Origin: Parvularculaceae bacterium
Lineage (GTDB): Bacteria; Pseudomonadota; Alphaproteobacteria; Caulobacterales; Parvularculaceae
Assembly: GCA_050331095.1 (NCBI GenBank)
Contig: JBHJHE010000022.1
Span: forward strand, 84,829-148,828
Direction of reading: 5' to 3'
Length of the DNA stretch: 64,000 bases
Numbering within the stretch: position 1 is the first letter of the stretch; every line of letters starts with the position of its first letter. Positions 46,971 to 56,077 of this stretch are shown here, piece by piece. Below the pieces are notes generated by a model, which saw only the letters and a program-made list of their open reading frames with translations, ran no database searches and was not told the origin of the DNA. The position numbers were made by a program, and so were the translations under genes.

Positions 46971-47719
46971 CGATTTTTTTTCGTCGCGTCGCCCAGCCGA
47001 AACGGGGAAAAGTCCGTCGATCGGTCGAAGACGTCGACGCCTTCGGCGCGCTTTAGCCGGCCGATGACGAGATAGGTGACGGGCGTCAAGAGCGCCTCCC
47101 AGACGACTTTCAACACATAGTTCGTGATGAGAACGGCGACGACCTGTTCGTTCGTCCACACGCCAAGAAAGGCGAGGGGATAGAAGATCAGGCTGTCGAC
47201 GCCCTGTCCAACGACGGTGGAGCCGATGGTCCGCATCCAGAGGCGTTTGCCGTCGCTGGCGACTTTCAGCTTCGCGAGCACGTAAGCGTTTGACAACTCG
47301 CCCGCCCAGAAAGCGGCGATCGACGCGGCGACGATGCGCGGCGTCTGGCCATAGACGAACTCGTACGCCGCCTGGCCGTCCCAGCCCTCCGCATGCGGCA
47401 ATCGGATGACGACGAACGCCATGAACGAGGCGAACAACGTCGCCGCAAGCCCCGTCCAGACGACGCGTCGCGCGGCGGCGTAGCCATAGACCTCCGTCAA
47501 CACGTCGCCGAGGACGTAGGAGACCGGGAAGAACAAAATCCCGGCGCCGTAGACGAACTCGCGCCCGCCGAAATCCATCGCGGCGGGTTTCGCCGCGCCG
47601 ATAAGGTTGCTGCACAGAATAACGGCGACGAACGCCGCCATCGCGAAGTCGTAGTACTTGAAGGCGGCGAGCCGTCGTCCGTCGACGCGTTCGACGCCTA
47701 CCGCGTTCGGCTTGTCCAT
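46967..47719 (-). CDS. yhhQ: Queuosine precursor transporter (YhhQ/DUF165 family)
   Basis: FPVSYVLGDVLTEVYGY, RTIGSTVVGQGVDSLIFYPLAF. Confidence 0.88.
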   Translation of the reverse strand: MDKPNAVGVERVDGRRLAAFKYYDFAMAAFVAVILCSNLIGAAKPAAMDFGGREFVYGAGILFFPVSYVLGDVLTEVYGYAAARRVVWTGLAATLFASFMAFVVIRLPHAEGWDGQAAYEFVYGQTPRIVAASIAAFWAGELSNAYVLAKLKVASDGKRLWMRTIGSTVVGQGVDSLIFYPLAFLGVWTNEQVVAVLITNYVLKVVWEALLTPVTYLVIGRLKRAEGVDVFDRSTDFSPFRLGDATKKNR

Positions 47720-47736
47720 CGGCAGGGTCGTTTCCG

Positions 47737-48972
47737 TTATCGTCGCGCCGGCGTCAGACGCAGGATCTCGCCGTCCCCGCCGTCGTCACGATTGCCGGCG
47801 TTGGTCGTCACGTAGACCGCGCCGTCTGGACCGACGCGCACGTCGCGAATGCGCGCGCCGCGATCGACGAGGTACCGCTCTTCGCCAAGAACGACGCCGT
47901 TATCGATCCGTATACGATGGAGCGCGCTGCCGGCCAGCGCCCCGACGAGAAGGTCGCCGTTCCAGCCGGGAAAAGCCTCGCCGCGGTAGACCGCGAGCCC
48001 CGAGGGCGCGATCGAGGGCGTCCAATAGTGCGCCGGGCCTCGCGCGCCTTCCAGCTCCGTATACGGGCTGACGCGCGCGCCATTATAGTCGATCCCGAAC
48101 GTCGCCAAAGGCCAGCCATAGTTCGCGCCGGCCTCGATGACGTTGATTTCGTCGCCGCCGCGCGCGCCGTGTTCGTGCTCGTATAGAACGCCCGTCGCCG
48201 GATCGAAGGCGAGCCCTTGCGCGTTGCGGTGGCCCTTTGAATAGAGCTCGGGCAAGGCGCCGTTCACGGCCCAATCGGGATTGTCGGACGGCGCCGAGCC
48301 GTCGGCGTTGAGGCGCACGACGGCGCCGAAGCTCGTCCCGGCGCGCTGGGCGAGCTCTTTGTAGCGCGAGCCCTCGCCGACGGTCGCGTAGAGCTTGCCG
48401 TCGGGCCCCCAGGCGAGTTTGCCCCCGTAGTGAAGGCTGGTGTCCTTCAAGGGCCGCGCCGCGTACACGTCTTCAAGTCCCGACAGCGCCGCGCCGTCGA
48501 ACCGTCCGCGTACGATCGCGAGGCCGTTCGCCTTGGCGTCGCCCTTGGCGTAGGCGAGGTAGACAAGCCGGTTCTCGGTGAATTCCGGGTGCGGCAGAAC
48601 GTCGAAATAGCCCGCCTGGTTGGCGACGTAGGCGTCGGGCGTGCCGGCGATCGGCGTCGGGTCCAGAACGCCGTCGCGCAAGATGCGCAGTCGTCCTGCG
48701 CGTTCAGTGACGAGCATGTCGCCGTTCGGCAGGAATGCGAGCCCCCAAGGGAACTGAAGCCCGCCGGCGACGACCTCGACGTCGATCGCCGTCTCGCCGA
48801 GGGGTGCGGGATCGGCGAGGCGTTTCTGGGCCGCCGCGTCGCCGCCGCCGGCGCCCACGGGCAGGGCGGGACCGAGATCGCCCGCGTCCGGCGGTGCGGC
48901 CGCGCCGCAGCCCGCGAGCAGTCCGCAAACCGCGAGCGCCGCGGCTCGTCCCAAAAGTTTCATGAGCGCCAT
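47737..48972 (-). CDS. PQQ-dependent sugar dehydrogenase (soluble aldose/sorbosone dehydrogenase type) lipoprotein
   Basis: ATG 48972 follows AGGAGG. Lipobox LLAGC. Motifs PWGLAFLPNGDMLVTER, HYGGKLAWGPDGKLY, GHRNAQGLAFDP and HGARGGDEINVI. Confidence 0.9.
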   Translation of the reverse strand: MALMKLLGRAAALAVCGLLAGCGAAAPPDAGDLGPALPVGAGGGDAAAQKRLADPAPLGETAIDVEVVAGGLQFPWGLAFLPNGDMLVTERAGRLRILRDGVLDPTPIAGTPDAYVANQAGYFDVLPHPEFTENRLVYLAYAKGDAKANGLAIVRGRFDGAALSGLEDVYAARPLKDTSLHYGGKLAWGPDGKLYATVGEGSRYKELAQRAGTSFGAVVRLNADGSAPSDNPDWAVNGALPELYSKGHRNAQGLAFDPATGVLYEHEHGARGGDEINVIEAGANYGWPLATFGIDYNGARVSPYTELEGARGPAHYWTPSIAPSGLAVYRGEAFPGWNGDLLVGALAGSALHRIRIDNGVVLGEERYLVDRGARIRDVRVGPDGAVYVTTNAGNRDDGGDGEILRLTPARR

Positions 48973-49108
48973 CCCCGCCTCCTTCGTTATCGTCGCGCGC
49001 GCTTCGGCGCCGCGGGAAAAACCATTAAACCAATTTCGCGCCGCGCGGGGGGCGGGGTTATGGGGGGCCGCGAACACGGTTCCGGCGCGAAAGATGGGAG
49101 CGGGCGGC

Positions 49109-49558
49109 ATGGACATTATTCGACGAGGACTTGGGCTTGCGGCGGCGTTCGCGGCGGCGTGGCTCGCGACGTTCGCCGGGGCCGTCGCCGCTTACACCGG
49201 GCGCGTCTTCGCGGGCTATGCCGGCCTCGGCGCCGAGGTTCCAGTCGGCGACGTCGGGGCGACGTTCGCAGCCAACTTCGCCGGCTTCGCGCCAAGCTTC
49301 GGGCTCGTTGTCGCCCTGGCGCTCGCCGTCGCCTACCCCGTCGCAGCGCTCGTGCGGCGCGTCGTGAAACCGCTCGCGCCCGTCGGCTATCCCCTCGCCG
49401 GCGCGCTCGCGATGACGGCCATGATCCTCGCGATAGAGAACGCCTATCCGGGCGCCGGGGCGATCGGCGGCGCGCGCACCGCGCTCGGCGTCGCATTGCA
49501 GGCTGCGGCCGGCGCCGTCGGCGGCGTCGTCTTCGCCGCCTTGCGTCCGCGCGCTTAA
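49109..49558 (+). CDS. Ala/Gly-rich integral membrane protein, unknown function
   Basis: Internal ATG of ORF 48962-49558 (alternative ATG 49094). Four hydrophobic segments. Lies directly upstream of phoR. Confidence 0.45.
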   Translation: MDIIRRGLGLAAAFAAAWLATFAGAVAAYTGRVFAGYAGLGAEVPVGDVGATFAANFAGFAPSFGLVVALALAVAYPVAALVRRVVKPLAPVGYPLAGALAMTAMILAIENAYPGAGAIGGARTALGVALQAAAGAVGGVVFAALRPRA

Positions 49559-49573
49559 GGCCGAACGGGCCCC

Positions 49574-51100
49574 GTGGCGCAGGACGCTCTGCCGAGCCTC
49601 ATCCGGCGCACCGCTGCGCGGGCCCGGACGGACGACTTCATTTGGTCCGCGGCGATCACGGCCGGCATTTTCCTCGTCATCGGCGTTTCCGGATACGTCA
49701 GCGCGCCGTGGCTGCCGTTGGTCGCCTGGCTCGCCTTCCTCGCCGCGCTCCTTGTGCGCTATCGGCTTTCGGCCGGGCGTTTGTGGGCGCAGCCGGTGCA
49801 GCGGGTCATCGAAAGCGAGCTCAACGCCCAGCGCGCGGAGCTTGAGAAACTGCGCCTCGCGCGGGGGATCGCCGAGGCGTTGCCGGAGCCGTTGTTCATT
49901 CTCGACGCGATCGGGCTCATCGAACACGCGAACCCCGCCGCGCGGAGCTATCTTGGCACGGACGATCTGGAGGACCGGCATTTCGCCTCGGCGATGCGCG
50001 CGCCGGAAGTGTTCGAAGCGCTCGACGAAATCGCCGCCGGCGGGGCGGGGCGCGTCGTCGACTTCTCCATCGGCGGCGACGTGGAGCGCCACTGCCGCGC
50101 GTTCGTCGCGCCGCTCGGCGATCCGACCGACGCCGGCGCGCCGCCGCACCGCGCGCTCGTCTATGTGCGCGACTTAACCGGCGAGCAGCGCCTTGCGCGC
50201 ATGCGCGCCGATTTCGTCGCGTCGGCGAGCCATGAATTGCGCACGCCCCTCGCCGCGCTCCTCGGCTACATCGAAACGCTGCGCGGCCCGGCGCGCGACG
50301 ACGCCAAGGCGCGCGAGGAGTTCCTCGTGATCATGCAGGCCCAGGGCGAGCGCATGCAGCGGCTCGTCGCCGATCTCATGTCGCTGTCGCGGATCGAACT
50401 GCGCGAGCACGTGCCGCCGCGCGACGCCGTCGATCTGGAGAGCCTCGCCGCCCACGTCGCGGAAAGCCTGAAGCCCGTGGCGGACAATCTCGGCGCGTCG
50501 GTGACCGTGCGGCGGGCCGATGACGGGGCCGACGGCCCGGCGATCGTCGTCGGCGACCGCGATCAACTCATCCAGACGGCGCAAAACCTGATCGACAACG
50601 CCGCGAAGTTCGGGGTCGATAACGCTTCGGTAAAGGTGACGGTCTGGATCGGCGAGGGGCCGAGCCTGCCCGCCCCGGAGGCCGGTCCGGCGAAAGCCTC
50701 GCGGCGCGCCCATGTCGCCGGCGAGACGGTCGCGGACGTCGCGGCGCGTCAGCGGCGGCGCATAGACGACTACGGCTACATTCAAGTGCGCGACAGCGGG
50801 CCCGGGGTCGCGCGCGAGGACCTGCCGCGATTGACGGAGCGGTTCTACCGCGTCTCGGTCGAGACCAGCCGGCGGACCGGCGGCACCGGGCTCGGCCTGG
50901 CGATCGTCAAACACATCGTCAACCGGCACCAGGGCGGGTTGCGCATCGATAGCCGCGTCGGCGGCGGCACGGCGATCACCTGCTATTTTCCGCTCGTCGA
51001 CGCGCATCGGCGTAGGGAGGCGGGCGCCGAGGCGGCGGTTGCGTCGTCCATTTCGGCGCCGACCGCGGTTGAATTTGTCACACCCGCCGACCCATCCTAA
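49574..51100 (+). CDS. phoR: Phosphate regulon sensor histidine kinase PhoR
   Basis: Two N-terminal TM segments, a PAS region, H-box FVASASHELRTPLAALLGYIETL, and ATPase motifs NLIDNAAKF and GGTGLGLAIVKH. Confidence 0.88.
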   Translation: MAQDALPSLIRRTAARARTDDFIWSAAITAGIFLVIGVSGYVSAPWLPLVAWLAFLAALLVRYRLSAGRLWAQPVQRVIESELNAQRAELEKLRLARGIAEALPEPLFILDAIGLIEHANPAARSYLGTDDLEDRHFASAMRAPEVFEALDEIAAGGAGRVVDFSIGGDVERHCRAFVAPLGDPTDAGAPPHRALVYVRDLTGEQRLARMRADFVASASHELRTPLAALLGYIETLRGPARDDAKAREEFLVIMQAQGERMQRLVADLMSLSRIELREHVPPRDAVDLESLAAHVAESLKPVADNLGASVTVRRADDGADGPAIVVGDRDQLIQTAQNLIDNAAKFGVDNASVKVTVWIGEGPSLPAPEAGPAKASRRAHVAGETVADVAARQRRRIDDYGYIQVRDSGPGVAREDLPRLTERFYRVSVETSRRTGGTGLGLAIVKHIVNRHQGGLRIDSRVGGGTAITCYFPLVDAHRRREAGAEAAVASSISAPTAVEFVTPADPS

Positions 51101-51150
51101 CGTTTTCGTCGGAAAGGACGTTCCCACTGACCCTCGCCGCTCGCAGAAAC

Positions 51151-51864
51151 ATGTCGACCACAGTAGCGCTCGACGGCGCTGTGGCGACGATGGCCGGGCG
51201 CGTGGAAACCCAGTTGCGGTTGGCGATCGACGCGTTCGAGCGGCTTGACGTGGGCGCCGCGGCCCAGGTGGTCGACGCCGACGCGGCGATCGACGCCGAC
51301 CATGTGGGCATCGAGGCGCGGGTCTTCGCCATGCTGAGCGAGCGGCGCCTGACGAGCGAAGAGGCCCGGTCGGTCTTCACCGCCTTCAAGGTCGCCGGGG
51401 AGCTCGAGCGCGTCGGCGATCTCGCGAAGAACGTCGCCAAACGGGTGAAGACCCTCGCGAGCGAGCCGCGCGTCAGCGCCGCCGCCGGCGTCGCCGCCAT
51501 GGGCCGCGCCAGCCAACGCCAGATCGGCCGCGTCTTCGACGCCTACGCCGCCCGCGACCTCGACGCTGCGCGGGCCGTCTGGGGCGGCGACCAGACCATC
51601 GACGACCATTACTACGCCCTCTTCCAGGCGATCCTCGAGGCCATGGCCGCCGACAGCGGCCAGGTGAGCGCGTGCGTCCACCTCGTCTTTATCGCGAAGA
51701 ATTTCGAACGCGTCGGCGACCACGCGACGAACATTGCCGAAGCGCTGCATTTTCTGGTAACCGGCGCGCCGTTGGCGGAGGCGCGCCCCAAGGGCGACGA
51801 CACGCCGTCGACGTCCGTATCGCCGCGCGCGGACGGCTCCGACGATCGGGGCTCGGGCCGGTAA
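51151..51864 (+). CDS. phoU: Phosphate signalling complex protein PhoU
   Basis: Two PhoU repeats: ELERVGDLAKNVAKR and NFERVGDHATNIAE. Confidence 0.95.
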   Translation: MSTTVALDGAVATMAGRVETQLRLAIDAFERLDVGAAAQVVDADAAIDADHVGIEARVFAMLSERRLTSEEARSVFTAFKVAGELERVGDLAKNVAKRVKTLASEPRVSAAAGVAAMGRASQRQIGRVFDAYAARDLDAARAVWGGDQTIDDHYYALFQAILEAMAADSGQVSACVHLVFIAKNFERVGDHATNIAEALHFLVTGAPLAEARPKGDDTPSTSVSPRADGSDDRGSGR

Positions 51865-51925
51865 GCGCATTGTTGAGGTCGGCCGCCTGGTCCGACGTCA
51901 GCGCGAACCGCCGGAGCCAGACGCC

Positions 51926-52615
51926 ATGGCGCACACGCGCGTGTTGATCGTCGAGGACGAAGCGTCGATTGCGACGCTCCTTGAATACAATCTCGGCAAG
52001 GAAGACTTCGACGTCACGACCGCGGTCGACGGCGACGAGGGGCTTTTGAAAGTGGAGGAGCTCCAGCCCGACATCGTCATCCTTGACTGGATGCTGCCGA
52101 AAACGTCGGGCATCGAGGTCTGTCGCCGTCTGCGCTCGAAACCGGAGACGCGCAACATCCCGGTGATCATGCTGACGGCGCGCTCCGAAGAGGCGGACCG
52201 CGTGCGCGGGCTAGAGACCGGCGCCGACGATTACCTGACGAAGCCGTTTTCGACGAACGAGCTCATCGCCCGCGTGCGCGCGGTCTTGCGGCGCATTCGC
52301 CCGGCGCTTGTCGAAGACGAAGTCGCCCATGGCGATATCCGCATCGACCGGGCCGCGCACCGGGTTTGGCGGTCGGAGAAAGAAATCCGCCTCGGCCCGA
52401 CGGAGTTCCGTCTGCTCGACCACCTCATCCAGCACCCGGGCCGCGTCTTCTCGCGCGAGCAGTTGTTGAACGCCGTCTGGGGTTCGGACGTGTTCGTCGA
52501 GGTGCGCACCGTCGACGTCCACATCGGCCGCCTGCGCAAGGCGCTCAACAAGTTCGATCAGGGCGACCCGATCCGCACCGTGCGGTCGGCCGGCTACGCC
52601 CTCGATACGTCCTGA
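51926..52615 (+). CDS. phoB: Phosphate regulon response regulator PhoB
   Basis: VLIVEDE...DIVILDWMLP...LTAR...GADDYLTKPF, plus a winged-helix region (RTVDVHIGRLRKAL, IRTVRSAGYAL). Confidence 0.95.
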   Translation: MAHTRVLIVEDEASIATLLEYNLGKEDFDVTTAVDGDEGLLKVEELQPDIVILDWMLPKTSGIEVCRRLRSKPETRNIPVIMLTARSEEADRVRGLETGADDYLTKPFSTNELIARVRAVLRRIRPALVEDEVAHGDIRIDRAAHRVWRSEKEIRLGPTEFRLLDHLIQHPGRVFSREQLLNAVWGSDVFVEVRTVDVHIGRLRKALNKFDQGDPIRTVRSAGYALDTS

Positions 52616-52628
52616 CGGACGCGGAACG

Positions 52629-53141
52629 TCAGCTTGCGGCGCGGCGCTGCGCCGGCGCGGCGAGTTCGATGCGGCGTGGTTCAGCCGCCGGTTCGGGCTG
52701 GCGACGCTGCGTCGGCTGAAACGCAAGCTGCGCGTGGTAGGCGCAATAGGACTTGCCGGCCAGCGTCGGCTCGCCGCAAAATCGAAAATCGTCGCTGGTC
52801 GGATCGCCGATCGGCCACTTGCACATTCTCTTGTTGAGCGACGTCACGGCGGCGCCGCCAAGCTCCGCGAGGCTCGTCGGGGCGACGAAGGTCGGCTCGG
52901 GGACGACGGGCTCCAGGTCTTCGGCGTAGCTTTCCGGCTCGGCGAACCCGCCGCCGAGCGATGCGGCGCAACCGCGTTGGGGCTTCGCCGGCGTCGCTCG
53001 GCCTGAAAGCCCAAGACGATGAACTTTGCCGATGACCGCGTTGCGCGTCACGCCGCCCATCTTCGTGGCGATTTGACTGGCCGACAGACCTTCCGACCAG
53101 AGCTTCTTCAGCAATTCAACGCGTTCGTCCGTCCATGCCAT
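52629..53141 (-). CDS. gcrA: Cell-cycle transcriptional regulator GcrA
   Basis: MAWTDERVELLKKLWSEGLSASQIATKMGGVTRNAVIGKVHRLGL, and C-terminal CKWPIGDP...FCG...YCAYHAQLAFQP. Confidence 0.93.
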   Translation of the reverse strand: MAWTDERVELLKKLWSEGLSASQIATKMGGVTRNAVIGKVHRLGLSGRATPAKPQRGCAASLGGGFAEPESYAEDLEPVVPEPTFVAPTSLAELGGAAVTSLNKRMCKWPIGDPTSDDFRFCGEPTLAGKSYCAYHAQLAFQPTQRRQPEPAAEPRRIELAAPAQRRAAS

Positions 53142-53413
53142 TGTCGCCGCTCCTTTGCGCCGTCTTGTGGCGCGTCGTGGAAATCAATATCTTGCGGAAC
53201 GAAATAAATCAGGCGTCGCCCCGTCAAGATATAGTACCCGCCGGCGTACTAAATACAACATCGACCGTAGCTGAAATTTTGCCCACAACATGTAGTGGCG
53301 CCTGTTGCGCCGCGGCGGCGCCGCGACGGCCGCGCGGTTGACGCCCCCGCCGGCGAAGGCGCAACGAGGACGCGAAAGGCCGGCCGGCGCGGCGGCGAGG
53401 GAGGCGGCTCAGG

Positions 53414-54283
53414 ATGGACAAAGCGGTCGACGACCCCCTCGACGCCGGCGACGCGGCTGGGTCCGCGACGCCTGCGCCGGCGCTGGGCGAGCGACGCTTC
53501 GGCCGGGTTAACTGGTTGGGATTGCGTACGCTTTACGTGAAGGAGGTGCGCCGCTTTTTGAAAGTCGCGTTCCAGACCGTCTTTGCGCCCGTGATTTCGA
53601 CGATCCTTTTCCTCATCGTTTTCATGCAGGCGTTCGGCGCCGACCGGGCGCCCATCAACGGCGTTCCGTACATTGAATTTCTGGCCCCCGGCCTCATCAT
53701 GATGGCGATTTTGTCGAACGCTTTCGCCAACGCGTCGTCATCGTTAATTATTGGTAAAGTTCAGGGGTCGATCGTCGACGTGCTGCTGCCGCCCCTCTCG
53801 GCGGCCGAACTCACCGCGGCGTTCGTGCTTGGCGCGGCGACGCGCGGGCTCCTCGTCGGCGTAGTCACCGCGCTGACGAGCGCGGCGTTCATGGCGTTTT
53901 CCCCAAGCCCCATGCGCATCGTCGACCCCCTCGCCATCGTCTACTTCTCCGTCATGGCGGCGCTGGTTTTCGGCATGCTCGGCGTCCTCGGCGGCATCTG
54001 GGCGGAGAAGTTCGACCAGCTCGCGGCGTTGACGAACTTCGTCATCACGCCGCTTACGTTTCTCTCCGGCACGTTCTACGCCATCGCCAGCCTGTCCGAG
54101 CCGTTTCACACGATCAGCCGACTGAACCCGGTCTACTATCTGATCGATGGCTTCCGCTCGGGCTTTACGGGTCGTTTGGAGGCGCCGCTCGGGCTCGCCG
54201 TCGGCGCGCCGCTGGCGATCGCCGTCGCGCTTGCCGCGGCGTGCTACGCTCTGTTTAAGTCGGGGTGGAAACTCAAAAGCTGA
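53414..54283 (+). CDS. ABC-2 type transporter permease (YadH-like)
   Basis: LRTLYVKEVRRFLKVAFQTVFAPVISTILF and six TM segments. No ATPase gene is adjacent. Confidence 0.85.
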   Translation: MDKAVDDPLDAGDAAGSATPAPALGERRFGRVNWLGLRTLYVKEVRRFLKVAFQTVFAPVISTILFLIVFMQAFGADRAPINGVPYIEFLAPGLIMMAILSNAFANASSSLIIGKVQGSIVDVLLPPLSAAELTAAFVLGAATRGLLVGVVTALTSAAFMAFSPSPMRIVDPLAIVYFSVMAALVFGMLGVLGGIWAEKFDQLAALTNFVITPLTFLSGTFYAIASLSEPFHTISRLNPVYYLIDGFRSGFTGRLEAPLGLAVGAPLAIAVALAAACYALFKSGWKLKS

Positions 54284-54322
54284 GCGTTTCCGCGCTCGGC
54301 GTCTCCGCGAAAAGCGTACGAT

Positions 54323-55291
54323 TTGATCCCTGCCGACCGATCCCCGAACGGCCCCGCGCGCGACGACATCGTCCTGCCGTTTCAGGTGGGCGACACCGCC
54401 GTGCGCGGCCGCGTCGTGCGTCTCGCGGGGGCCGTCGACGACATCTTGCGCGCCCACGAATTCGATGACGCGGTGTCGGAGCTCGTGGGCGAGGCCGCAG
54501 CGCTCGTCGCGGCCATGGGCGCGGCGCTCAAATTCGACGGCAAGCTGATTTTCCAGATCCACGCCGACGACGCGGACGCGCCGGCGTCGATGGCGGTCGC
54601 CGACTACCAGGCGGACGGCGCCTTGCGCGCCACCGCGACGACGAACGCGCCCGCCGCCGAGGGCGCGCGCGGGCTCGCCGCGCTCGTCGGCGAGGGGCGC
54701 ATCGTCATGACCGTCGACCAGGGCCCCGACATGGAGCGGTACCAGGGCGTGACGCCCATTGAGGGCGACACCCTGGAGGCGGCGGCCGTCGCCTATTTCG
54801 ATCGCTCGGAGCAGATTCCGACCGCGGTGCGCCTCGCCGTCGGGCGCGTCGAGCGGCCCGGCGAGCCGTCGCGGTGGCGCGCCGGCGCCGTCATCGCGCA
54901 GCACGTGCCGGCCGAGGGCGGGGCGCGCGAGCGGGGCGAGGCGGCGTTGAAGTCGGAGGCCGACCGCGAGGCGTGGGAGCGCGCAGCGGCGCTTCTCGCC
55001 ACGACGCAGGCGGACGAATTGCTCGACCCCGCCGTCAGCCCCGAAACGCTGCTCTACCGACTGTTTCACGAAGACGGCGCGCGGGTCTTCGACGCGAAGC
55101 CCGTGCGCGCCGCGTGCTCGTGCAACGCGACGAAAATCGAGGCGGTGCTGAAGCGCTACGCGGCGGAGGACCTCGCGGACATGCTCGAGGACGGCGCGAT
55201 CCGCGTCACTTGCGAGTTTTGTCGGCGCGCCTACGCCTTCGACGCCACGGGAACCGCGATCGACGCGCGGCCGAGGACGGATGTCAAATGA
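54323..55291 (+). CDS. hslO: Redox-regulated chaperone Hsp33
   Basis: TTG start. VRGRVVRL and the C-terminal zinc centre CSC...CEFCRRAY. Confidence 0.9.
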   Translation: MIPADRSPNGPARDDIVLPFQVGDTAVRGRVVRLAGAVDDILRAHEFDDAVSELVGEAAALVAAMGAALKFDGKLIFQIHADDADAPASMAVADYQADGALRATATTNAPAAEGARGLAALVGEGRIVMTVDQGPDMERYQGVTPIEGDTLEAAAVAYFDRSEQIPTAVRLAVGRVERPGEPSRWRAGAVIAQHVPAEGGARERGEAALKSEADREAWERAAALLATTQADELLDPAVSPETLLYRLFHEDGARVFDAKPVRAACSCNATKIEAVLKRYAAEDLADMLEDGAIRVTCEFCRRAYAFDATGTAIDARPRTDVK

Positions 55292-56073
55292 AGAAGAAAC
55301 GCTACGATGAGGAGTTGGAGCGTCTCGAATTCGAGCTCGCCATGCTTCAGGAGACGGTCGTTCGTAGGGGAATGAAAGTCGCGATCCTGTTCGAGGGACG
55401 CGACGCGGCCGGCAAGGGCGGGCTCATCAAAACCATCGTGCGGCGCATGAGCGCGCGCGTCTTCCGCGTCGTCGCCCTGCCGAAGCCCTCCGACCGGGAA
55501 CGGACGCAGTGGTATTTTCAGCGCTACGTCGCCCATCTGCCCGCGGCGGGCGAGGTCGTTCTTTTCGATCGCTCCTGGTACAACCGCGCCGTCGTCGAGC
55601 CCGTCATGGGGTTTTGTACGGACGAGGAACATGAAGCCTTCATGCGCGACGCGCCGCTGTTCGAGCGCATGCTCGTCGACGCCGACATTCGTCTCTTGAA
55701 GTACTGGCTCAACGTCTCCGCCGAAGAGCAGGAGGAGCGGTTCAAGGACCGGGCCTGCGATCCGCGCAAGCGCTGGAAACTGTCGCCGATCGACCTTGAA
55801 GGCCGCCGTCGGTGGGCGGAGTTCACGCTCGCCCGGGACCGCATGCTCGTGGAGACCCATACGGACCATGCGCCGTGGCGCGTGATCGACGCAAACGACA
55901 AGGAGCGCGCGCGGCTGAACGCGTTGCGGTCGATCCTGGACCATGTTCCGTACGAGTACAACGAAGCGGCGTTCGAGCCGATCGATCTGCCGCCGCGCCA
56001 AACCGCCGAAGCGGTCGGCTACAAGCCGACGGGGGTTTGCGAACGCCTGATGGTCAAGGACCACTACGATTGA
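55288..56073 (+). CDS. ppk2: Polyphosphate kinase 2
   Basis: ATG 55288 overlaps the hslO TGA (ATGA). Motifs FEGRDAAGKGG (Walker A), RTQWYFQRY, LFDRSWYNR and RKRWKLSPID. Confidence 0.93.
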   Translation: MKKKRYDEELERLEFELAMLQETVVRRGMKVAILFEGRDAAGKGGLIKTIVRRMSARVFRVVALPKPSDRERTQWYFQRYVAHLPAAGEVVLFDRSWYNRAVVEPVMGFCTDEEHEAFMRDAPLFERMLVDADIRLLKYWLNVSAEEQEERFKDRACDPRKRWKLSPIDLEGRRRWAEFTLARDRMLVETHTDHAPWRVIDANDKERARLNALRSILDHVPYEYNEAAFEPIDLPPRQTAEAVGYKPTGVCERLMVKDHYD

Positions 56074-56077
56074 CGCA

